Source: Minisyncoccales bacterium (GTDB lineage Bacteria; Patescibacteriota; Minisyncoccia; Minisyncoccales; Minisyncoccaceae). Taken from it: a DNA stretch of 24,000 bases. The stretch spans positions 4,769 to 28,768 of the forward strand of contig JBAQMJ010000015.1 in NCBI GenBank assembly GCA_049302695.1. Reading direction: 5' to 3'. The notes under the pieces were generated by a model. The model did not search any database. It worked only from the letters and a program-made list of their open reading frames with translations, and was not told where the DNA came from. This document shows, piece after piece, positions 1 through 6,776 of this stretch (position 1 is the first letter of the stretch; every line of letters starts with the position of its first letter). A program made the position numbers and the translations under genes.

Positions 1-150
1 ACAACCAAGGGGATTGATTTTGATGAAATGTTAAAAATATTCAAGGATGAATTAAATAAAACAAATAAAGAATCACACGAAATTGCAAGTACTTCTTATT
101 TTTGGGCAGGAGTGACAGCATTAGCTAGTATAATAACTTCTTTATTGTAG
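1..150 (+). CDS. 3' end of an unidentified protein (partial at window edge) with a hydrophobic C-terminal tail
   Basis: Frame 1 is open from the window edge to TAG at 148-150 (...HEIASTSYFWAGVTALASIITSLL*). No family motif recognised. Confidence 0.35.
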   Translation, partial: TTKGIDFDEMLKIFKDELNKTNKESHEIASTSYFWAGVTALASIITSLL

Positions 151-257
151 TTTATAAGATTGGCTTGGAAAAAGGTTCCAAGTTCGTCCCACTTACCGAG
201 CCAAGTAGTGAGGGGCTCTAGGAGACCGGTTACCGTCAGGTAGGCGGTTTTTAAGTA

Positions 258-286
258 TTGACAATTAATTTTAAGTTGACTATACT
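258..286 (+). promoter_or_regulatory. sigma70-type promoter for the TetR/MFS pair
   Basis: TTGACA (258-263), a 17-nt spacer, then TATACT (281-286). It lies 48 nt upstream of the ATG at 334. Confidence 0.6.
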
Positions 287-289
287 ATC

Positions 290-304
290 AGTAGACCAGT
301 CACT
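290..304 (+). promoter_or_regulatory. candidate TetR operator (imperfect inverted repeat)
   Basis: AGT(A)GAC-CA-GTCACT. The half-sites are perfect 6-mers if the one extra A is ignored. It sits just downstream of the -10 box, where autoregulatory TetR operators usually lie. Confidence 0.35.
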
Positions 305-333
305 ATAATAATTACTAAGAAAGGGATAATTTT

Positions 334-900
334 ATGAGCAATAAGTTGAATACACGAGAAAGAATTCTTACAACAGCATCTAGACTTTTCCAATTTCAAG
401 GATATTCTGCCACGGGACTAACTGAAATTTTGAAAGAAAGCGGTGCCCCTAAAGGATCTCTTTATTATTATTTTCCTAAAGGAAAAGAACAATTGGCTTT
501 GGAATCAATAAAATTAGCAAGTGAAATTATGCAAAAGAAAGTAAAAAATATCTTAGAAAATTTCCCTGAACCTGTTGAGGCTATTGAACATGCTATCAGA
601 AATTTAGCTAAAACTATTGATAAAGAAGGCCTTCTGGACGTCTCCATAAGTTTAATTTCATTAGAGAACTACAAGTCAAGTAAATGTTTGAGAGAAGCCT
701 GTAACGGTGTCTTTGAAGCTATGGAAAATATCTATTCAGAAAAATTAATTCAATGTGGTTTTGATAAAAATAAGGCAAAAGAATTAGGTATACTTATTCA
801 AATAATGATTGAGGGCGCTATTACCATATCCTTAGCAAAAAAAGATACCTCGCCACTTCTTCTAGTTGCTAATAAAATAAGTGTTTTGTTAAAACATTAA
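334..900 (+). CDS. TetR/AcrR-family transcriptional repressor (LmrA/YxaF-like)
   Basis: N-terminal HTH signature RERILTTASRLFQFQGYSATGLTEILKESGAPKGSLYYYFPKGKEQL. At 188 aa it is the same size as B. subtilis LmrA, which it resembles from memory. It is the only gene here with a visible SD-like AAAGGGA, 8-9 nt upstream of the ATG. Confidence 0.9.
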   Translation: MSNKLNTRERILTTASRLFQFQGYSATGLTEILKESGAPKGSLYYYFPKGKEQLALESIKLASEIMQKKVKNILENFPEPVEAIEHAIRNLAKTIDKEGLLDVSISLISLENYKSSKCLREACNGVFEAMENIYSEKLIQCGFDKNKAKELGILIQIMIEGAITISLAKKDTSPLLLVANKISVLLKH

Positions 901-969
901 GTTTTTCTACTACACATAACACAACCATAATTGGCGTATTTTGGCGTTTAATATACCTATATAAAAACC

Positions 970-2421
970 ATGAAAACAATCACAAATCAAGTTAAAAACA
1001 AAAAATTCAATATATTGCCAATTATGGTTGTGTTATTGCTGGGTGGATTTATTTCATTAATAAATGAAACCATCCTAAATGTAGCACTGTCAAAACTCAT
1101 GGTAGAAATGAGTGTGACAGCGGGGACCATACAATGGCTTGCTACTGGCTACATGCTTGTAATTGCTATATCAGTTCCGGTCACAGCTTTCCTCATTAAA
1201 ACCTTTACTACAAAGCAATTATATATTAGTGCTATGATGTTATTTTTAATAGGCACTATTTCTGCGGCCTTCTCTTCCTCTTTCACTATGCTGCTTATAT
1301 CTAGAATGATACAAGCTGCTGGAACAGGCATGATGATACCACTTATGACGAACACTGTTTTTGTTATAAATCCACCAGAGAAACGTGGTTCTGCTATGGG
1401 ATTATGCTTTTTAGTTATATTAGTCGCACCGGCTGTTGGACCTATTATCTCTGGTGTACTATTACAATATTATAATTGGCATGTCTTGTTTTTTATGTTA
1501 ATTCCAGTAGCTGTTATTGCTATTATTGCCGGTTACTTATTTTTAAAAAATGTATTAGAAATAACAAAGCCAAAAATTGATTATCTATCTATTGTATTAT
1601 CTTCAATAGGTTTCTGTGGAATTCTATATGGGATTAGTAAAATTAGTGAACTAGGACCAAATATTTTAGGAATGATTATTTCTTTTGTCATTGGAATAAT
1701 ATCTCTGGCTTTATTTATTAAACGTCAATTGTCTTTAAAAGAGCCAATGCTAGAACTGCGCGTCTTTAAATCTCCAGCTTTCTCCATAGGCGTTATACTC
1801 GTTATGTGTGCAATGATGATCATATTTAGTATGAATATGATTATACCTCTATTCCTTCAAGATGCACTAAAAGCATCATCTTCCACGGCAGCACTTACCT
1901 TGCTGCCAGCAGGGATTGTGAGTGCTTTAGTAACGCTTATTGCCGGCAGACTTTACGACAAGATTGGAGCTAAAATTTTAGTTCCTTTAGGATTTGGGAT
2001 AATAGGATTGGCCTTAATGTTTTTATCAGGAAGTTCATCAACTACAACCATTAGTACAATAGCTATCATATATTGTTTTGTATGCTTAGGAACTGCCCTG
2101 ACGATGGCCCCAACACAGACAAATGCTTTAAATTCACTATCTAAAGAAAATTACGCTCATGGTATTGCAATAATGAACACATTACAACAATTGGCTGCTG
2201 CTATTGGGTCTTCACTATTTATTAGTATTATGTCAGCTTATCAGATCAATTATTTAAAACAGATGAGCAATCCTAGTGGAGTTAATGAACAGATATCCGC
2301 AGTGGTTGCTGGATTTAATCATACATTGGTAGTTGCACTTATCTTTATTATAATTTCTTTTGTTCTATCCTTATTTTTAAAAGGCAAAGTTCGGCCCAAT
2401 AGTCCCATAAGTAGTACGTAA
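970..2421 (+). CDS. MFS drug:H+ antiporter, DHA2/EmrB-QacA (14-TMS) family, LmrB-like
   Basis: 483 aa and hydrophobic throughout, with about 14 predicted helices. Carries a motif-A-like region (LISRMIQAAGTGMMIPL) and motif-C-like PAVGPIISG. Lies directly downstream of the TetR gene. Confidence 0.9.
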   Translation: MKTITNQVKNKKFNILPIMVVLLLGGFISLINETILNVALSKLMVEMSVTAGTIQWLATGYMLVIAISVPVTAFLIKTFTTKQLYISAMMLFLIGTISAAFSSSFTMLLISRMIQAAGTGMMIPLMTNTVFVINPPEKRGSAMGLCFLVILVAPAVGPIISGVLLQYYNWHVLFFMLIPVAVIAIIAGYLFLKNVLEITKPKIDYLSIVLSSIGFCGILYGISKISELGPNILGMIISFVIGIISLALFIKRQLSLKEPMLELRVFKSPAFSIGVILVMCAMMIIFSMNMIIPLFLQDALKASSSTAALTLLPAGIVSALVTLIAGRLYDKIGAKILVPLGFGIIGLALMFLSGSSSTTTISTIAIIYCFVCLGTALTMAPTQTNALNSLSKENYAHGIAIMNTLQQLAAAIGSSLFISIMSAYQINYLKQMSNPSGVNEQISAVVAGFNHTLVVALIFIIISFVLSLFLKGKVRPNSPISST

Positions 2422-2504
2422 AATAACTTTTACTTATTTTGTTATCAATCTTTGAGAGTAAGCCCCCGCCTGTTGCTAAAGTAGTATATTTAGTTTTTTA
2501 TTTA

Positions 2505-2513
2505 TGATAAAAT
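2505..2513 (+). promoter_or_regulatory. extended -10 box (TGaTAAAAT)
   Basis: TG-n-TAAAAT ends 6 nt before the ATG at 2520, which implies a leaderless or near-leaderless mRNA. Confidence 0.4.
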
Positions 2514-2519
2514 ATTAAT

Positions 2520-3344
2520 ATGAAGTTTAAGAAGAATATAATTAAAATTAACGGTAGGAATATTTTCTATCTAGATAGCGATAACCAAAACCCAGCCATA
2601 ATTTTATTGCATGGCTTTCCAGGAAATCATATGGGTTTGATTAAACTGGCTAATCATATGGGGGATGATTACAGGATAGTAATACCTGACTTGCCCTCCT
2701 GCGGATCTTCAGATTCTTTAGGAAAAAAGCATAATCTTAAGAATTATAGCGATTGGCTGAACGATTTTTTAGAGGCTTTATCTATAGACGAAGTCATCAT
2801 TATTGGACATTCTTTCGGTTCAAGAATTGCTTTGGTTTTTGTTAACCATTATCCAAAAAAAGTCAAAAGGCTCGTGCTTATCACCCCGGTTTTAAAAGTT
2901 GACGGATTGCTTAATAGGATTATTTCGATTTATTATGGGATTACAGGGCTTCTGCCAAAATATTTGCAAAAGATAATGCTTTCTAATGGATTTGGTAAAG
3001 AGATGGGGGATAAGATTATTTTTAAATCATCTGATTCTAATATACACAAGGAAATAATAGATAGGGATATTGAAGAAATTAAAAAATTAAAACCGCAAGT
3101 CAGTATTGAAATATTCGATGAATTTTATAAATTTAGCCTAATCCCAGTAGGTAAAGAAATAAAAAATGACACCTTGTTAATCGCCGGTGAATTAGATAAG
3201 GTTTCTCCGTTGGGTCCGATTCGAGAATTGTCTCATCAATTACCTAATGCCCAACTGGAGATTATGAAAAATTGTGGGCATCTTTTACCGTTGGAAAAAC
3301 CAGAAGCCACTGCTAAAATTATTAAAAAATATATTTGTCGGTAA
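2520..3344 (+). CDS. alpha/beta-fold hydrolase
   Basis: Oxyanion-hole HG motif (ILLHGFPGN), nucleophile elbow GHSFGS, acidic residue region GELDKVSP, and catalytic His in NCGHLLPLEKPE. Confidence 0.85.
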   Translation: MKFKKNIIKINGRNIFYLDSDNQNPAIILLHGFPGNHMGLIKLANHMGDDYRIVIPDLPSCGSSDSLGKKHNLKNYSDWLNDFLEALSIDEVIIIGHSFGSRIALVFVNHYPKKVKRLVLITPVLKVDGLLNRIISIYYGITGLLPKYLQKIMLSNGFGKEMGDKIIFKSSDSNIHKEIIDRDIEEIKKLKPQVSIEIFDEFYKFSLIPVGKEIKNDTLLIAGELDKVSPLGPIRELSHQLPNAQLEIMKNCGHLLPLEKPEATAKIIKKYICR

Positions 3345-3580
3345 TTGAATTTGAAGAATTTAGTCGCATATGTTTTGACGAAGCCTTAAAAGAACAACAA
3401 ATGGCCACGAAGTTAATTCCTGTCCACGAAGAAATACGCTTTGAAGATTCGTAAATTGAGACATTCTAGAAAACTATAGGAGATGTGATAAAAAATAACC
3501 TCGAATTAAGAAATAACTAACAATGATTCAAATAATGAACAATTTAATAGTTAGCGATAGCACTTCTTTTTATGTTTTAT

Positions 3581-3609
3581 TTGACATTACCATTCAATAG
3601 TTTTAAAAT
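3581..3609 (+). promoter_or_regulatory. sigma70-type promoter of the 3638-8117 operon
   Basis: TTGACA (3581-3586), a 17-nt spacer, then TAAAAT (3604-3609). It lies inside the longest-ORF extension and so argues for the ATG at 3638. Confidence 0.55.
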
Positions 3610-3637
3610 AAAGATAATAAAAAATAAAATATATAAT

Positions 3638-5809
3638 ATGTTGAAAAAATATTCATCCGCATGTAGAAGGATAATCCTTTGTTTCACTTTTTCAATTTTA
3701 TTTTTAGTTGGAGGGTTGAACATTGCTTTTGCCCAAACTTCTTTACCGACCGCCGGGAACAGTTTTAGTTCGGCGGTTTTATTATCTCCAGGAGAATATC
3801 AGGGCGGGCACCTTGATGACTCGCAGGTTCTCTATTATTCCATTTCTGTCAAGCCGGGGCAAAAAATCAGCGTCGAGGCTAGTTCTTTTGACGAAGCTGG
3901 ATGTTCAATGTATCTTTATAGTTCAGGACAGGAAGAATTAATATCTTCTTATGACGAGAATCCCAAAGTTAGCTGGCTAGCAGGAACTAGTGGCTCTTCA
4001 GGTTATTATTTAAAGATAGAGAACGATCATGCGGAAATAGCTTCGTTTACCGTAAAAGTTTCTGCGACAAATTATTATGATGCCGGTAGTCAGACCGATG
4101 CTGGCGATACTTTTGATAGGGCCTTGACTGTTGGCACAGGGACGTATAGCAGCTATTTGGCTGGTAATGCCTACATTACTTCAGTGTCAGGCGACGATGC
4201 TCAAGATATATATAAGGTTTCACTTAAAAAAGGAAGTACTTACAGTTTTAAATTGAGTCCGTCCTCAAAAACGGAATTGACTTTAAGTCTTTACGACATT
4301 AACAAGCAATTGATCGAGGAAGATGCCTCGGCGAATAAAGGAGCGGCAGTTTCATTGTCTTTAACTCCCGCAGCCGACACTTATGTTTACATATCGGCTC
4401 TTAATGAATTTTATGCTTATCAGGAAGAAATCGTTAATTATACTTTAGAAATAAAAACGTCGGTTCCTTTAACGAAGTTTTATAGTTGCGCTGATGATTA
4501 TTGCGGATATGTCGGAGAGTTTGCTTCATTGTCGGAATGCCAGTCATCTACAACTAAAACCTGTTATACGTCTTCCACTTGTAATGGAGTCTGCTCGGGC
4601 GGAGGAGTCGAGGGCTGTATTAAAAGTTCTGATTGTCCGATAAACAATACTTGCATGGCCGGTCAATGTATTCCCGAAGAATTGCCTGTTTGCGAGGATG
4701 AATGCAGTGCTGATCAGACTAAGTGTTTTGATAATTTTAATTATTATAAATGCGGAGATTTTGACAGTGACAATTGTTTAGAATGGTCTACTCCAGCTTA
4801 TTGCGGAGAGGGAAATAAGTGCCAAGGAGAAAAATGTTCCAAATCTTCTGGCGGGTGCATGTGTTCAGCTTGGGTGGGGACCGAGTGTGGAAGTGGTGAA
4901 TGTGGAAGCGATAAAATTTTTCAAACAAGAACCTGTACTCCGCAAAGTTGCGATATAACAGAACAATGTTTGAGTGCTTCTTCGTGCGGAATTATACCGC
5001 CTCCTCCCGATGGCGGAGACAACTCATTTGAGGTATTTTTAACATTTTTAGGAACGCTTCCGGTCTGGAGCTGGTTTTCCGGCTGGTATTTATTGCTATG
5101 GATAGTCTTCTATGCTTATTTAGCTTTTTGTCTGCAGATATTGGCTCAGAGAACCAATACACCTAATAGCTGGCTGGCATGGATTCCAATCGGCAATATT
5201 TTTCTGATGATAAGTATCGCTCAGAAGCCGATGTGGTGGATTTTATTATTTTTGATTCCGCTGGTTAATATCGTCATAGCTGTAATTATTTGGATGGCGA
5301 TTTCCGAGCGAAGAGGGAAGCCGAATTGGTTGGGAATTTTAATTCTTATTTCTCCCATTAATCTGTTCATTATCGGATACTTAGCATTCTTTGATTATAA
5401 AAGCAATGGAAAGATAGAGCCCACTCCTCCTTATGCTCCGACGGGTACGGAAGCGGCCGATAAACCGACTGTGGGATACAAGCATCTTTGCAAATATTGC
5501 GACAAATTAATTCCTCCAGATTCCGTTGTTTGTCCTTTCTGTGAGAAGGTGAATCCTTTGGGTCCATCTCGCTGTCCGAAATGCCACGAACCGATTGAAA
5601 AGGAATGGAAGGTGTGTTCAAAGTGCAATTTGAATCTCCGTATTATTTGTCCTTTTTGCGGAAAAACAACTTTTTTTGGAGAGCATTGCGAAGACTGTGG
5701 AGCCCGTTTGATGGTTATTTGTCCTAATTGCAATCAAGAACAGCCGCCACTTGGCGACAATTGTATGAAATGCGGGAAATCTTTAACTTCAAAAGAAAAA
5801 AATAAGTAA
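3638..5809 (+). CDS. mosaic envelope protein: signal peptide + 2 PPC-like beta-sandwich domains + 26-Cys module + DUF5684-like polytopic membrane module + 4 C-terminal zinc ribbons
   Basis: Signal peptide MLKKYSSACRRIILCFTFSILFLVGGLNIAFA|Q. Two PPC-type units (AGNSFSSA...YYSISV...GYYLKIEN...FTVKVS and AGDTFDRA...DIYKVSL...YTLEIK). 26 Cys in 167 aa (nt 4487-4987), followed by a PPPP linker. Hydrophobic block at nt 5027-5395 with WLAWIPIGN...PMWWILLFLIPLVNIV...GKPNWLG. Four CxxC-x10-11-CxxC ribbons at nt 5489-5773. The ORF track start at 3572 is less likely. Confidence 0.85.
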   Translation: MLKKYSSACRRIILCFTFSILFLVGGLNIAFAQTSLPTAGNSFSSAVLLSPGEYQGGHLDDSQVLYYSISVKPGQKISVEASSFDEAGCSMYLYSSGQEELISSYDENPKVSWLAGTSGSSGYYLKIENDHAEIASFTVKVSATNYYDAGSQTDAGDTFDRALTVGTGTYSSYLAGNAYITSVSGDDAQDIYKVSLKKGSTYSFKLSPSSKTELTLSLYDINKQLIEEDASANKGAAVSLSLTPAADTYVYISALNEFYAYQEEIVNYTLEIKTSVPLTKFYSCADDYCGYVGEFASLSECQSSTTKTCYTSSTCNGVCSGGGVEGCIKSSDCPINNTCMAGQCIPEELPVCEDECSADQTKCFDNFNYYKCGDFDSDNCLEWSTPAYCGEGNKCQGEKCSKSSGGCMCSAWVGTECGSGECGSDKIFQTRTCTPQSCDITEQCLSASSCGIIPPPPDGGDNSFEVFLTFLGTLPVWSWFSGWYLLLWIVFYAYLAFCLQILAQRTNTPNSWLAWIPIGNIFLMISIAQKPMWWILLFLIPLVNIVIAVIIWMAISERRGKPNWLGILILISPINLFIIGYLAFFDYKSNGKIEPTPPYAPTGTEAADKPTVGYKHLCKYCDKLIPPDSVVCPFCEKVNPLGPSRCPKCHEPIEKEWKVCSKCNLNLRIICPFCGKTTFFGEHCEDCGARLMVICPNCNQEQPPLGDNCMKCGKSLTSKEKNK

Positions 5810-5820
5810 AAATAAAAAAT

Positions 5821-6489
5821 ATGTCTTTACAACCTTTTACAGACAATTTTGCTGACAATTCCACTAATGCTGGATTTCAGTTCACCTTTTTTTGCGCCGT
5901 TTGCAAGGAAGGATACAAAACTGCGTTTATCGAAGCCAAATCAACCAAAAAGGGAAAATTTCTTGAAATGGCTGGAGGTCTTTTCGGTGCAGCGGCTCAG
6001 ATGGCTGGAAAATATAATGTTGGTTACGGAATTGAAAAGGTGACAGATGTAATTACGGGCCGACACGAGGGCATGTCGCCAGAATGGCGTAAAGAATATG
6101 ATGTGGCTTTCGAGCAGGCTCAGACCGAGGCCAAAGCTCATCTTCATCGCTGTCCAAAATGTACCCAGTGGGTTTGCGAAAATTGTTGGAACGAACAGGA
6201 AAATTTGTGCGTGAGTTGCGCACCGAGAGAAGCAGTTGAGGTAGCGTCATCCAGAGCCAAGAAGAAAATTCAGGATATAGCGGCCAAGGTGGCTGGTACC
6301 CAGGTTTTTACCGGTGAAATTGAATCAAAACAGACATTGTGTCCCGCTTGCGGAAAACCAGCTGGAACTGGCAAATTCTGCGTTAATTGCGGGGCTGGTT
6401 TGGAATTCAAAAAATGTCCCAAATGCGGAGCTAAAAATCCGGCCGGTACGGGATTTTGTGGCAATTGCGGAGAAAAAATGAAGAAATAA
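5821..6489 (+). CDS. cytoplasmic multi-zinc-ribbon protein (function unknown)
   Basis: No TM or signal peptide. Metal motifs are CAVC; a CPKC..CENC..CVSC cluster; then two ribbons, CPACG..CVNCG and CPKCG..CGNCG. Starts 11 nt after the upstream stop. Confidence 0.8.
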   Translation: MSLQPFTDNFADNSTNAGFQFTFFCAVCKEGYKTAFIEAKSTKKGKFLEMAGGLFGAAAQMAGKYNVGYGIEKVTDVITGRHEGMSPEWRKEYDVAFEQAQTEAKAHLHRCPKCTQWVCENCWNEQENLCVSCAPREAVEVASSRAKKKIQDIAAKVAGTQVFTGEIESKQTLCPACGKPAGTGKFCVNCGAGLEFKKCPKCGAKNPAGTGFCGNCGEKMKK

Positions 6490-6492
6490 AAT

Positions 6493-6774
6493 ATGGAAGA
6501 AGCAATTTTTGTCCCCCAAAATATATTCAAGGTTGCCGGAAAAGGCTTAATTATATCAGGTTCTCTTAAAAGCGGAGTCTTAAGATTAGGAATGGTGGCT
6601 GAGATAAAAAAGCAGAAAATACCTTTAATCGGGATAGAAGCATTCAATCAGAAAGCGGATGAAATTAAATTAACAGATTCGGCTGCAAAGCAGTTTGGGA
6701 TAGTTTTGCCAGAAGCCGCTGGAGAATTTTTAAATTCCATTGGTAAAGAAATAATTTTTACAGAATCAAAATAA
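6493..6774 (+). CDS. stand-alone translation-factor domain-II-like beta-barrel (EF-Tu D2-like), 93 aa
   Basis: VPQNIFKVAGKGLIISGSLKSGVLRLGMVAEI aligns without gaps to E. coli EF-Tu [32 protein letters not shown] (from memory), sharing the G..G...G....G..G..EI pattern. The following IGIEAFNQK matches TGVEMFRK. Starts 3 nt after the upstream stop. Confidence 0.7.
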   Translation: MEEAIFVPQNIFKVAGKGLIISGSLKSGVLRLGMVAEIKKQKIPLIGIEAFNQKADEIKLTDSAAKQFGIVLPEAAGEFLNSIGKEIIFTESK

Positions 6775-6776
6775 TT

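Noticed and set aside
174-204. A tRNA-like T-arm resemblance (GGTTCCAAGTTCG ... GAGCCA), which might mark a tRNA gene or an att-site fragment.
   Set aside because: The flanks cannot form a T-stem, and no acceptor, D or anticodon arms can be drawn. The resemblance is limited to a few bases.
3572-3637. The upstream extension of the large ORF (MFYLTLPFNSFKIKIIKNKIYN...) given by the ORF track.
   Set aside because: The TTGACA-17-TAAAAT promoter lies inside this extension. The extension is low-complexity and AT-driven, and a textbook signal peptide begins exactly at the Met encoded at 3638.
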